In this document: positions 25,915 to 39,100 of the stretch, piece by piece
Layout: the number at the start of each line of letters is the position of its first letter
How positions within the stretch are numbered: position 1 is the first letter of the stretch
Assembly: GCA_026026165.1 (NCBI GenBank)
Contig: JAPEUD010000010.1
Location: 124,001-188,000, forward strand
DNA: 64,000 nucleotides
Reading direction: 5' to 3'
From: Sarea resinae
Lineage: Eukaryota
Program-made: the position numbers and the translations under genes
Notes under the pieces: generated by a model
Told to the model about the DNA's origin: nothing
What the model saw: only the letters and a program-made list of their open reading frames with translations
Databases searched by the model: none

Positions 25915-27606
25915 ATGCCTTACTTATTCTCTCAAAAAGCAGGCAAGCGTCAGCCCATCAAGACTCTTGACATCGTCGAATACGTCGGCCGCCTCGACAA
26001 CGGTCTCTTGACTCCGACTACCAAGTCTCTTGGCTTCAAGACTTACGTCAAGGGAACGATCCCTCCTTTTCCTGGCGAAGAGGAGTATATCAACCAATTC
26101 TGCAAGCTCTGGGCTGCTGCCGTCGAAGAGGTAGCTCTTGAGTTCTCGGTCACCCCGGCTGAGGTCGACGACAAACTTGACTGCAAGGAGAAACTCGCTC
26201 CTACCAGCAACTTCACTTTCTCTGTCGAATCAGCTCTACGTGAGTCAAGCAAGACTAAATCCTACGTCGCTTTCGGAGACAAGTACCTGCCTTCCAAGCA
26301 CACTTCCACGCTCAATCGTGCCATCGACGCTGCCTTGCGCAAATCTGCTCAGACCCAAGACTTCGTCTCAATCGACTCTAAAATTCAAGCCCCGGCCCCG
26401 GCCCCGGCCCTAGCCCCAGCCCTAGCCACCGATATCACCTTTTCTATTGAGTCGGCCCTCCGCGAATCGAAGCGAACCGGTGAATTCACCCCTTTCAACT
26501 GCACAGCGGTGAATACCACTCAGACCACCAACCTTTCCACCATCCAAGAAGAACCTTCAGCCATCCCAATCTACAATCATCCTCACGCTATCATGTCGGC
26601 TCAGCGTCCTACCGTTCAAGTGTCCGGCCTTCCAGGTCCCTCCAAGTCTGACAGCACAGTGTCCCCTGCTCGTCAATCCATGCGTATGAACATGTTCAAG
26701 CGTATGCGCCCTGACACATTCCCTCTCCGCTACCACTGGGAGATCTGGCACGATAGGTTTGCAATCCATCGCACTCAATCCCAGAATCGAATGCTAAACC
26801 CCTCTCCCAGACAAGTGCAGACTGCTGCTGCAGCCGGCTCCACTCAACCCGGATACGAAGACCGTCTGACATCCCTCCACCAAGTCAGCGACGTCAAGAC
26901 GTTCTGGGAAGTCTTCAACAACATCCCCTTCGACGCCCTCCCACTCCGCGACTCCATCCACTTCTTCAAGCGCACCGTCAAGCCCGTATGGGAAGACCCC
27001 CGCAACGTCCGTGGTGGCGCATGGACTTTTCGCGTGCCGAAGAGCACGGGCAAGGATTTCTACCTTCAGATTCTGCTGATGGCCATTGGTGACGACACGT
27101 TCCAAGTTGAAAAAGGTATGCCTTTCTACTCTCTTTCTCTCTGTCATCCTCTCTCTCACTCTCAATCTCACTCTCACTCTCACCGCTTTTGCTTCTACGC
27201 TAACTCATGTGTGCTTTTATTAGGCGACGATATCTGTGGCGTTTCGCTCTCGATCCGCTTCACCAGCAACCTCATCACCGTCTGGAACCGCGACGGCTCC
27301 AACCTTTCCTCGATCAACGGGATCCGCGATGCCGTCCTCGCCAATCTGCCCAGCGAGCACATGCCCAAGGACGAGAAGGCGTATTACTACAAACGTCACG
27401 ACGAGCATGCCGGCTTCAGCGAGAGCGTGGCCAAGGCCAAGGAGATGGAGAAGCTGGCCAAGGGCACCAAAGACGAGGACGAGGTCACCGTTGCTGTCAA
27501 TGACGATGTGGTGGATGATCCTCGTGACCATGAGATGGAAGAAGGCGAGGTCGGCATTGATGGCATGCTTGCTGCTGCTGCTGCGGCGACGACGGACGAG
27601 AAATGA
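25915..27606 (+). CDS. eIF4E-family cap-binding protein (atypical class) with long N-terminal extension
   Basis: FPLRYHWEIWHD, DVKTFWEVFN, HFFKRTVKPVWEDPRNVRGGAW, DDICGVSLSIR, ITVWNRD, YYKRH motifs. Probable introns 26757-26810 and 27116-27223. Alternative start ATG 26593. Confidence 0.88.
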   Translation: MPYLFSQKAGKRQPIKTLDIVEYVGRLDNGLLTPTTKSLGFKTYVKGTIPPFPGEEEYINQFCKLWAAAVEEVALEFSVTPAEVDDKLDCKEKLAPTSNFTFSVESALRESSKTKSYVAFGDKYLPSKHTSTLNRAIDAALRKSAQTQDFVSIDSKIQAPAPAPALAPALATDITFSIESALRESKRTGEFTPFNCTAVNTTQTTNLSTIQEEPSAIPIYNHPHAIMSAQRPTVQVSGLPGPSKSDSTVSPARQSMRMNMFKRMRPDTFPLRYHWEIWHDRFAIHRTQSQNRMLNPSPRQVQTAAAAGSTQPGYEDRLTSLHQVSDVKTFWEVFNNIPFDALPLRDSIHFFKRTVKPVWEDPRNVRGGAWTFRVPKSTGKDFYLQILLMAIGDDTFQVEKGMPFYSLSLCHPLSHSQSHSHSHRFCFYANSCVLLLGDDICGVSLSIRFTSNLITVWNRDGSNLSSINGIRDAVLANLPSEHMPKDEKAYYYKRHDEHAGFSESVAKAKEMEKLAKGTKDEDEVTVAVNDDVVDDPRDHEMEEGEVGIDGMLAAAAAATTDEK

Positions 27607-28439
27607 GCTCCACGGTTGGTCTGATGGCTGGGAATGCGTGCACTGGTCCGATTCGATCGGGATTCTCCATCATCTTTGGCGTTTTGGGCTTTTCTCAACT
27701 GCTATCTCTACCTCTGCCTAGTCCAATGAGTTCCTCTACACTCGTATGACAGGCTCCGAGCAGCATTTTCTTTATTTGGGGTAACACCGATCTTTATCCC
27801 GATGGTTCCGTCAATCATGTACTCGGATCGGGTCAGGTCCAGGTCGGGTAATCATAGATTCAATTTGAAATCACGCGTTCGAATAATTAGCACTCTGATC
27901 TTGAGGTCTAATCAGTAATGACCCTCCATGCCAAGCATCCCCAGTTTCCCTGCTGAGAACAATCCATCGTCAGTAGCGGCGGATCATTTACTCGCCTGTA
28001 ACGCAGTTCTTGAAAGTGCCTGGATGGTGATTTAGAAATGAAGCGCGGAAATAAATTTTCATATCCTCCCATGCTAGAACAAGGTGCTGGAACCAAAGCA
28101 TGTAGACAGGATCGAGCAAGCAACGAAACGTTTTCCAGGAAATCGAAGCAAAGCAAGCCATCACCCCGACCAACCCCCCCCCCCCCTCTAGCAATAGTTC
28201 AACTCCTGCGTAGCTCCGCTCCCATGCTATCTCTCCAATCCTTCGCACTATCGAAACGCCGAGAGGAGACCTCAAGTTCAGTGGTACGCCCCGCAAAGCC
28301 GAGAGAGGCCGAGAAAAAATCGAAGAGAAACGAGTAAACGCAAAAGGCTTAAGCGTCCGCACTCCAGTAAAGTTAAGATTCCGGGAAAAGGAAATTAAGG
28401 CAAAGCCAAAGCCAAAGCCAAAGCCACCCCCGACGACCG

Positions 28440-29377
28440 TCAACCAAAGACGCCGGCCCTCCGCATGACGCCCTCGAACTCGTCCCTGCCGACGCCTCTG
28501 CCGACGCCCTCGCCGCCATTAGCCTCGAGGATCATATCCCTCAAGACGGCCTCGTCGACCTCCTCCCGCAACTCGCGCGCCACCCTCTTCAGCGTGCCGA
28601 GCGTGATCTTCTGCCGGCTCTCGGGACCCGTCTCGGCTGCTGGGCCGCCGCCGCCGCCGCTGCCACCGCCGCGCGCCGTGCTGCCGTGCGTGAAGAGCCT
28701 GAATGCGTCGTCGATTTCGCGGCGCTGCGCCTCGGAGTCGTGCGAGGCGTGCCGGGCGGCAAGCTTGAGGCCGCAGAGCTGGAGGAAGGGCGCATAGGGC
28801 ACGTGGCCGGTGGACAGCGGGTCGAGGGTGGATTGCAGGGAGCGCAGGTCTTGGGGCGACGTGGGTGGGATGCCGAGGGCGCTGTGGAATACGTTAGCTC
28901 TTGCCGTCGTCTGTTGGATGTGCGTGATGATCAGGGCTTGTGGGAAGTAGATGCCTCAGGATGGATGGAACGTCGTGTGCAGGCCAATGATGGGCGGGAG
29001 GTAGGGAAGGCAGCTTACACAAGCGCTCTTCTAACATCCCCAACACGCATGACCTCCTCCCCATCGCCGCGATAAGCGCCCTCGTCATCGTTATCCTCCT
29101 CTTCCTCCTCGTCATCCTCCTCTACTCCACTGGCCCTATTGGCAAACAAAGCCCATGCCTCCTTGATCTCCGCCTCCTCGTCGGCCGAGATGCCACATTC
29201 TCTTGCGAGTTTCGAGGCCCGCTTGGCTTTCGGCTCTGCCGCAGACGATGACGATGCGCCGGCTGCTGCGGGACGGCGGCGTTTGGGTGGCTTTCCGGGA
29301 GAAAGAGTCAGCTTCAATGTACGGACAGTGTAGAGATGGGAGAATGAAACGATGGATGAAGAGGACTATCATACCAT
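28440..29377 (-). CDS. EF-hand/centrin-like protein (possibly Rad33-like)
   Basis: ATG-only exon, intron, then PPKRRR...SKLARECGISADEEAEIKEAWALF; REIDDAFRLF; ITLGTLKRVARELRE...DMILEANGG...EFEGVMRRAGVF. Confidence 0.78.
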
Positions 29378-30410
29378 GATGACTTATATTTCTCGTGGCC
29401 GTATGGGCTGCCGATTTGGCTGCAGTCGTGCGGCTGGTTGCGATGCGATCATTGATCCACTATCTACTAACTGCGATATCCAGTGTCGGCACGGAGAAAG
29501 GTCTCGGTGTTGTATTGTTCCCCCCGGGCTCGCCAAGCCGGCGCTAATGGACACAAAAACTCCCTCCGCTTTCGACACACACACACTCTTCTTCTTTCTT
29601 GTCTTTCCTGATTCCTTCACTCTTCATGGATTCCATTGATATATTTGATTCGTGTGCGTCTTGCTATCAATGCTTATGCTCATGCTCTGCTCCACAGCGT
29701 GATCGCGATGCTTCATGATTGCAAGATCGTGCCGGGCTTATTTCTCTCGATCACCACTCGTTATCATTGCTAACACGATCCCACTCATTCCCTTTCGAGA
29801 TACGACACGAGGCTGGCTCTTCGTGCAGATCACGGAGCGCAATGAGCACGGTATCTTGCTCGGTTTCTCATAGCGGTCATCTACGAGCACATTGTTCTGC
29901 CATGGCGGGAGAAGAGGAAAGGAGGAGGGAAGTCGCTTCTAAAATTGCTAGAGCTCGCCGTCGTCAACCATCCAGGACGAGCGAGTGTGGACAGTGAAGC
30001 AAGATAAGACCCGAACCTGCCATCTCCGTCCCTTCAGACGAGGTGGTGGGTCCTCGACATGCCCGCTCGGCTCTTCATTGAGTTCGACGTCTGGTGTTGC
30101 CTTATCTGCTGGATAGAGGGCTGTTCGAGGAGACATTGTTGTTTCCTGTATATACTCTTGTTATGGGAGGGCTATATCCTTCTCAATCATCAACATCTTC
30201 TCATGCTAGATGTGAATGCGAGTTTAGTAGATCAGAGTCATCACAACCTCTCGCTTTTCACATCAAAAACCAAGCCATCAATTCATGGAGGCACTTTTTC
30301 GAGCGTATCAATACCTTTGTCTCGTGCTTCTACATGATTCAGTTCATGGCAAGCTTATCTTTCAAAAGATTCGCTCCATTTGCATCGACGGCTGCTCTCT
30401 CTTCTTGCTA

Positions 30411-31321
30411 TCATTGTTTCCCGCCCTTCCAAGCCATATCCGCATCTGTGCCAAGGTTAGCTCACTACCAAATCAGCATCCATTAAACTCACCAGGATGA
30501 ACTACCGGCTCCTCAATCCCCTCCCTAATTGCCTGCTTATGCTTATGATCAACCCCAAATCTCCTGTCCCTCTCGCCCACCACCCTCTCGAAGTCAAATT
30601 GTCCAGCATCAGTGAAACTCGTCATGAGCTGCGGCTGTCCCAGTGGTAGCTGATCGCCCCGATCGACCTGCCACAGATGGTACACCTTTCCATATAGCCC
30701 GACCACGTGTTCCATCTCTTTCGTTTCCGCCTGCTCCCAGACGGCATTGGGGAGCATCTCTGGGCCGGGCATGATTAGCATGCCGCTTTTCACCTCAAAG
30801 ACGTGGCTGTGCCATAGTTTGCGCTCTTCGGCGTCTAGCGTCTCGTACAATTTGGGCGAGATCATGTATTCGATGCCGATGAGGCGGGCATTGGGCGAGG
30901 GACTGTCGTATAGGACGCATTGCCGGACGTCTGCGCGTAGAGGTCAGTCAGCGCTGCCGATATGTGTACAGTTGTTCGTATGAGAGCATTCTCAAAGGGC
31001 GGAGATAGAGAAAGCCAATCATCGACCTTCATTCAGATGCGAGCAATAATGGTTCGCCTCGACACAGCGGCCCGGCTCGGAAGCATAGGCGTGAAAGGCA
31101 TTGAGATGGGCACAGATGTGTTTGGTGGGACCGAAGCTCTGCACAGGAATCATAGCATTGTCAGTGGAGGAGAAAAGACCGGTGAGTGAGCTCAAAAGAG
31201 CTCTAGAGAACCCGACCTGAGAGATAGAGGCTCCAGTATTCAAGACCGTGTTCTCGGTGGATATGGGCCCCCCGAGGGCGTCGTTGGTGACGGGCATGCT
31301 TTGTTTGTCGGGGACACTCAT
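30411..31321 (-). CDS. DUF1264 / oil-body-associated-protein-like
   Basis: [67 protein letters not shown]; last exon [11 protein letters not shown]. Confidence 0.88.
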
Positions 31322-32240
31322 GTTTGCGTCGAGATGAATGATAGCCTGTTTTTTTGCACAATCGGATTATATTTATCGCAGAACTTTAATTGAGAATTGT
31401 CTCTCGTTGTTCCAGCTAACAATACATTTGAACGTAGCAATTGCCCTGTGTTTTATGTTTGTTTTCGTTGGAGCATCCCGTCCTCAGTTGGAAAGCACCG
31501 ACGTCATGATGACCGAGGCCAGCAGGAACAGATCTCGGAACACCGTAAAATCCTTGTTACGTATCAGATGACACTTGATCCTCCAAGACAATCACACTTG
31601 CGAAGCTTTCAGTCTTTAATCGGGTTATATTGGGTGAAGTGTCTCTGGTACATAGATGGTTGGGAGTGCCATGTAGCTGTAATATGATTCCTTTCCGTAG
31701 GACTACTCGAAGTAATTTCCAAGGAAAATAGAAGAAAAGATCTATGCAAAATAAAAAAAGGAAATGCGAAAGATTTCTGTGAGCTTTGTACTAACGTGGG
31801 GATGAAATTACCTCTTTTGAACGTCGTGCACTCAAGTCTAGAATGAGAATCCATCTATCTATCTTGATAGGTACCCTGGGAGGTGAGTGCCGGATATCTG
31901 TCTCTTCGCCCCTTGGCTGTGATGAAATCACTAGGTTGGCAGGCTAGAGCTCTGCATACTCAACTACAAGGCACTTGTCTTAGAAGCACGACAACTTCAT
32001 TAGTACATACTGAATTTGAAGTGTTCGGTCGGATCCTTCGGAGTTCCAGAAACTCTGTCAACAATGGCTACGCTCGAGAGAAGCAAGAACGAGTGTCTTG
32101 TCCTCGACATCTGCAAATCGGTGAAATAAGAGATTATTTTTGACGGACTCGCTATCCCTTATCTCGTTATGAAAAACAGTTTGGGCCTATAAGTAAAAGA
32201 TTGGCTCCTAAAAGACTGGCTCATATTTCCTCTGCTCCGA

Positions 32241-33530
32241 CTAGGACTTGTTCTTCATTTCCCTCAGTGCGCCCATTATATCAATTGGATCAGTCTTGCC
32301 CGTCGCCTTTTGGATCAGTGGATCCTTGTACTGTCAGCATCTCAACACACTGACAGAGTAGGAACAGAAATGACTTACGTGCAGTCTCATAAAGACGTTA
32401 TGAAGCTGGGAGGACTAGTGTTAGCATTCTTGAATAGGAGCACAGCGTTTAAAGAGCCTCACCTTCTCATCGCCAATATTAAATTTGCCCTGCGTCTGCT
32501 TGTTGTTCTCGGCAAAAGCTTGAAGCTTCTTGATTGGATCACTCTGGAGGACAGATGCGGCAAATTTGACATTCCCTTTCGTATATTCGTGGCCAGGCTG
32601 CAGAATTGATTAGCCAACGAAATCCAAACCTCAAGCTGTGGCTATCTCACGTAGACTCTAGTATCATCTGGAAGGGCAGCGAGTGTTTTATTCAGTGCCA
32701 CATCCATCTCTGTTGCTGTCCCTTCAAAGAACCGGCCGCATCCTGCAGCAAGTTAAATCAGCCGGCCTTAGTCAACAATGAAAACAACCTGCTTACCTCC
32801 GATAAAGAGGGTATCTCCGGTGAACACGACTCGATCATCACCGTCCTCTAGGAAATAGCATATGCTATCTTGGGTATGACAAGGCGTATAGAGGGCCTTC
32901 ACAGATATCCCATCTCCAATCTTGAAGGTCTCCCCATCCTTTGGCGTTCTGGACACTAAATCGCAGTCTTTCCCACCAATGACTGGAATTCCAGGAAACG
33001 CTTTGAGCTATTAAGGTGCTGTCAGCTGCTGCTTTCACACAAAGCCTCCTGTCCGAGCTTACGATTTGTGAGTTCCCGCCTGCGTGATCATAATGGCTGC
33101 AGTGCTCAATTAGGCCCGGTAATGCATACAGTCCAGAGCACAGTAGGTCTTACTGGTGAGTGTTGACTATAGCGGTAAGCTTGATCTCCCCTGAATCCAC
33201 TTTTGATTTCAAGACGGGCGTAACTCTAGGGATGAAATGTAAGCTTATGAAAGAGCTTCCTGGTGGAACACACAGCAACTAACTCTGGAGGATTGGCCGG
33301 ATCAACGATAACAGCATCTTTGGACTTGTCATCCACGACTAGATAGGCGTAATTGTTCCCCGAGCCTGTCCACATGGGAATTGATTGGATATGCATGGCG
33401 CGCAATTGTGCAGGCTGCAGCTTTCTTAGTGTCCAAACGATGTCCAACTTATGCAGAGCCTTACATTTGGTCCTCTAATAGTCCGGAATGGCTGAATTAT
33501 AAACGGTCTGATTGAATTGAAACGGTTCAT
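32241..33530 (-). CDS. GLO2: Hydroxyacylglutathione hydrolase (glyoxalase II), with upstream presequence exon
   Basis: [55 protein letters not shown] motifs over many exons. Upstream ATG 33530 is in frame after intron 33464-33415; core ATG is 33396. Confidence 0.94.
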
Positions 33531-33821
33531 TTGAGTGTCGAGATCGGAAAGGCTGAGCTTCTACTTCGTTCAGCACTGTTGCCTTTGCCTCGCGGGAGCC
33601 CCTCCCGAAGGGTTGTGTACCAGATGACGTTTGCTCAGACCTTATCTTATCACCACGTGCTCTGTACCGAATTGGTCAGGTCTACATTTGTCTGAGAAGC
33701 TCAAAGTAAGAGTCCGTTTCATTGAAATGCAAACATCAAGCTAATGCGAGCGCCTAGCAAAGAAGACATCTGAATGGCAAAGGGAGAAGATGCTACATTC
33801 AACGCCTGAGATGTCTCCACT

Positions 33822-36124
33822 CTATACCCTCTTCTCCCGCTCCTTTTCCAACTCCTCTGTTAACTCATCTTCACGCTCCTTGAACGCTTTCTGCTTCTGT
33901 CGCGTATTCCAGTGGAGTGTCTTCGATATACTGTCGATCCAATCCTGGCTCCGGCGACCGCGCGGTACTACATTTGGGAAAGGGAACCTTGAAGCCGAGA
34001 TGGTCACATAATCACCAGGGCACAATTCGACCCTAGAATTGTCAGCAACCAAAAGAGCATAGTCAAGAGATAGCCTATTCAAACCTTTCACGTCCATCAA
34101 AGCTCGCCCAGGAGCTAGTACGACTATCGTAGGGAACCCCGAGCCTCAAGACAATCGTATCCGGTAGTATTATTGGTCTGAAGGACAGGGTATGTGCACA
34201 GATTGCCGTTAATAAAATGACAGGATTTTCAGGGTGTGAGAGAGAGCCTCCTGCGGCTAGATTATATGCTGTCGATCCCGTTGGAGTAGCTATGCAGACA
34301 CCATCCGCTTGAACGGTTGTGAAGTGCTCGTCGTCACCAAATATTTCGATCGAAGACATTGCTGTATATTGTCAGTAGACAATTATTAGGTTTCCATCCT
34401 GTGCTCAGACTGACTTGGATTCGGGCCCCTGTCCACAACAACATCGTTCAGAATCTCGTGATTTCCATCTGGCTTGTGTGTGCGGTTATCGTCACATTCC
34501 TCGCCAACCACCTCTTCCACAAGATCTCGTGGTTGTCCTCTCTTATGATTTTGTGATCTCATTATGGTGCACTCAAATCTGAGTCTTAGACTGACAGTGA
34601 TGCCATCACGAAATGCTCCTTGGAGAATATCTCTGAAATTTTTGTACTCAAATTTAGTCAAAAAACCCAGCGACCCGAGATTGAATGACAGCACTGGCGG
34701 AACAACGCGTTGGAAGAGCCAACTAGCATAGAGTACCGTTCCATCTCCTCCCAGCTGCCAGTTGTTAGCATTGAGCAGCGCTGATATTGCCGACTTACTG
34801 AAACGACGAAGTCAAACGTATGCGGGCGTTCTTGACATAATTTAACGGTCCAATACTTCAAACGGCCTTCGAAGGAAGGATTCTCAGCAAGTAGACCTTT
34901 TGCGTTGAAATGTGGATTGTTCTCCAGGTTACTCTCAACATATCTGCATGGAATTAGAGATAAGGAGTCTCCTCAACCGCCAAGGTAGCACTTACACTGT
35001 GTATGGCGCTTCTCTGTCGTTGGATAACAGCCATGCAGCAATCTCTCTAGTTTTTCCTATGAGAGATTGATCATGGGCCTTGGTCAAAAGAAAGACATTC
35101 TTCACGTGCATCTTCAATCTTATGCCTCCCAGCTTCTTTGAGAGTTCCCTGACGCCCCAAGCCATGTCGGACAGCTGCTTTTTGGTGAGCAACCGAGAAT
35201 GGATATCCTCGCGGTCTCCGGCGGACCTCTTGTCTGCAGGCCGGTTCGCAGCAAGTTCACTTTGACTGAATTCTTTCGTTGCGTTCTTCTTCTGCTGGTT
35301 TATGATAGAATGAACGAAGCAATCGGTCGCGTCATGTTCGAGTCTACGACGGCCTTCAACGAGAGACGATTTTCGACGATGAAGATTATCCCCATCAAAA
35401 ACAACCTTGCAGATTCAGCGGAAGTTTTGGACAGTCTCAACAAATTTCCCTACCTCAAGTGGCTCTTGATGCTCTGAATCGCTATGTGAGTCTCCAGAAA
35501 TATTCTGACCTGGTCATCAGCACAATCCCAAGTCTTCTAATTTGGTGAGGTAACAGACATCTTGGACATCTTCCCAGGAGACATGAGGTTCCGAACCAGA
35601 GGGACTGTTAGTAGCGATTTGAGGAACCTTGGCACTAGACATCTCGAAAACGGTCCCGCAGGAATGAGCTGAAAAGCAGCCGATATTGAATATTGATGAG
35701 GAGAAAGATTATGTTTGGAAATTCTGTGGGAGTAAATTCATGATTTCTGGCGGTAATAGCTATTGTGGCTTGAGACTTCATGCACCCAGATTGCCCCGAC
35801 TCCTCTTGAGCCGCATTTCGCCGAACCATAACGTCATCAACAATAAGTAGTAGGCAAGGTGAGGTAGGTACATCAAGATGCATAAAGTACATAGGTCGCT
35901 CTGTGCCAGACACTATCATCATCTTCTCTACTCGATGCGAAACAGCATTGATGGACTCACGACGTGCTTTCAATCATACCGAATGTTTGATGGAAACTCG
36001 AAGTTTAGATGTTTGTTTTTTCACGAAGGATGGGAGCTCAGCAGGCACGCCAAGTAAATACGTAACGGAGGTGGACCTGCCCCTCATCGATATCACCATT
36101 ATCGCTTCGGCTTGCGAGGGCCAT
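33822..36124 (-). CDS. NAD(H) kinase (Utr1/Yef1 type); 5' exons and start uncertain
   Basis: [80 protein letters not shown]. Confidence 0.9.
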
Positions 36125-39100
36125 CTCGGCACTCGCTACCGAGTGATATCCATGGATCCATGATGAATGCCATTTATCCGTACATGGATCAGACCTATCG
36201 TGCGAGCAAGCCCTGGAACTGCTGCCTTTTGCTTCTGTAGAGTCCTGCGCAGTACTTCGTACTACTGCGGTAGGCTGGCTGTCTGGCAGTTGAGGGATAT
36301 AGCGTAAATGGATCCGAGCGTCATTGTTCGTTATTTATTATCTGCATCCATCCATGGATATCATTACAGTATGAACAGCCGAATCCCTTTGTGTCTTCTC
36401 ACGTAAGGGAAGGAGCATGGATGCTTTGGCCCTCGTAGCAAATTAACACGAAGATTCCACAAGTTATCCAACCTCCGCTTCCATACCTCGGCAGACGTAG
36501 GCTATCACCTTACAACCTAGCCACCTCTATCTACTCACGTATGAGCGCCTCATTAATATTGCACGGAGATTGATGTCTCTAGTCAACAGCAAAGGAGGGA
36601 AAATTGACGTGAGCCAACGAAAGGACCGCTCGTTGCACACAGAATCCCGACGGCCCAGTCATAGACACAAGCCAGGTAATCTCGTAAGAGGCATTATTGG
36701 AGGTAAGGTTGTATCATGAGCCTGAGGTACGAAATACGCCCACCCTCCTACTCCACACTGCCCACTCCTTGCCCTACTCCGTACATATTACTGCATACTA
36801 CCTAGGTAGTAGAGTACTCTACTCCGAGTACTCCGAATCCCCTTGTTTGGCAGTCCAGCCTGCGCCGGACGCCACGCATATTGCTGCATCCTGCGTGTTG
36901 CCTCACCCTCAGCAATGCATGACTGGAGCCCATGAGTGGCTCTACGGGGCTGAGGAGGCCGTTACTAGATTGAGTATCCGGCATTCACAATGTGACATGG
37001 CTATCATGCATCCATGCGATCGACGACGCTTCAAGCTGGGCATCCTACATACATAGATCTGACCGCTGAATCGGGGCACCAGATCAAGGACTTCAATTTT
37101 GGTTTTCGCAATGATAACTTCCTGCGTTGCGCATTGTCGCTGTTATTAAGATAGACTGTTCCTCCAAGCTCGTGTGTGGATCGGCCACGCCTATACTGGG
37201 ATCGAGAGGACGTGACGGTGTCCAGCATGCATCGTAGTAGAGGCTGGAGCAACCTCCTGATCAGGATTCTCGGGTGGAGCCAGTAAGGGGTCAGAAGCAC
37301 AACTCTTTTCTTCTCTTTTTCTTTCCTCCGGTATTCCCTATGGCCAATGCTGGGGGTCACAAACGCAAAGGGGATCGCAACCATACGTGCATACTCCCTA
37401 AAAGTGGACATGTCATTGGGCAGCACCTGAGCGGCTGGGTGACGTGCCTGTCGATTCAAGTATGATTGATTGCAAGGGAGTCTATGAGCTTTGGGATCCT
37501 CCGCGTATATCACGTTGACCACATCCGACCAGCATATGTCCATCTCAGGCGTTCAAGCCGGCCGTCTTTACTCTTCGCTTCACCTCAGCGGTCATACGCA
37601 ATGAAAATCGGCTCTTCCACTGTCCGCTGCAGTCGATCATCGTCATGCAAGAATCAAATATGCTTTCTAGGAGCCAAGCAAATTTAGCCTATCGAAGAGG
37701 TTTGAAATAGTGCCACTTTTAGAGAGCCTCTCTTGGTAGGCGGGTTGGCCCATGGAATGACATCCGCCATACAGGGAGGCTTGGCCTTAGACGAGACATA
37801 GTTCGGTACATGATGTAGTGGAGCTAGGGTCGAAGGGCTCTAAGCCAATAACTCCTGGATTTTGCTGATCTTGCCGATCCTGCGGATCCTGTAATTGCCC
37901 TTGGACGAAACGGAAACACGAAAAATTGAGTCGAGTGGTTTCCGATAGTAACAAAAGGTGATAAGGAGGTGGAAGTTGTTTTTTGCTTGTCCTACGTGCT
38001 CTGTTGCCTTGCATACTCAGACAAGTCAAAATAAGGGCAGGTAGAAGATAGGCAGGTAGGCTCGCTTTCACGGAATTGAAAGGTTCACGATACCTTTAAA
38101 TACCGCAGTAGGTACATGATCATCATGAACGGAAACTTCCAGCTTACCATACCTCCCCAGCCGAACAAGCCCATGAATGGGTGCGTGCTTCCCTCGAGAA
38201 CGTAGACACAGGCTAGAAGGCATGACAAGGCACAAATCCTGCAGACCATCAGTGGCCCATGCAGGTATGCGAGCGGGGACTTTGGGTACTGGGCAAGCGT
38301 GGTGGCTAGGGAGGGGACCCCTTGCACGGCGAATCGTGCCTGTGGTGCTCTAAGGCTAGGCCAGGATCTCAGTATTTTCGAACCGTGGCGACGGACCCTG
38401 TCTCGATATGTTAGTGTTACCTACTCCGGAGTAGGGTAGGGGGACGTAGGGGAACAGACTCATGGGAAAGACGGAGTATCGCTAAACTCGATCGGTAGAA
38501 GCTCGTTCGAGCATATTTCTGCTGTCGCCGGACCCTTGTTGCAACGGACAGCGCCAGGCGCCACACACACTACTCCGAAGTATGGCACTTTGTATGGACT
38601 CAAATTCTAGAGCTGCTAGCCAGCTATCTCCTTCAATCTGCCAATAGATTGATGAGCTGCAAGTGATCACCTTACGGATCCATAGGCACCTACTCTACCA
38701 AGTACGAGTACCGACTGTACTCTAATTGCAACCACTCTCTAAAGATGCATCATGGATTCTTCACCCGAGGTACCTACCTACTAATCCTACCGTGTATCTC
38801 ATCAGAGAACACCGTACCTTTAATAAGGTAATGTAGGTAGGTACCTATGCTTCTGTAGATGCCTTAGGACGCTATGGAATAAGGTACTCAATAAGATCCA
38901 TAGCTGGAGATGGGATACGTTAGGTAAGGTACCTTATGGTTGGAGGAGTGCACACAGCTAGAGTCCAGATCCAACCCAGCGAATTTGCCATACCTACCTT
39001 ACTCATAGTACCGTTTCCGAGCTCTATTGCGTCAAAGCGGCTGACTTTGTCAGGTTCATGCGGCCCTCCACCACCTTACCTGTTTTGGTACCTACCGTGG

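Noticed and set aside
10290..36124. DAK1 + glyoxalase II + NAD kinase as a triose/methylglyoxal detoxification cluster
   Set aside because: DAK1 is 20 kb and eight unrelated genes away from GLO2; chance adjacency is sufficient.
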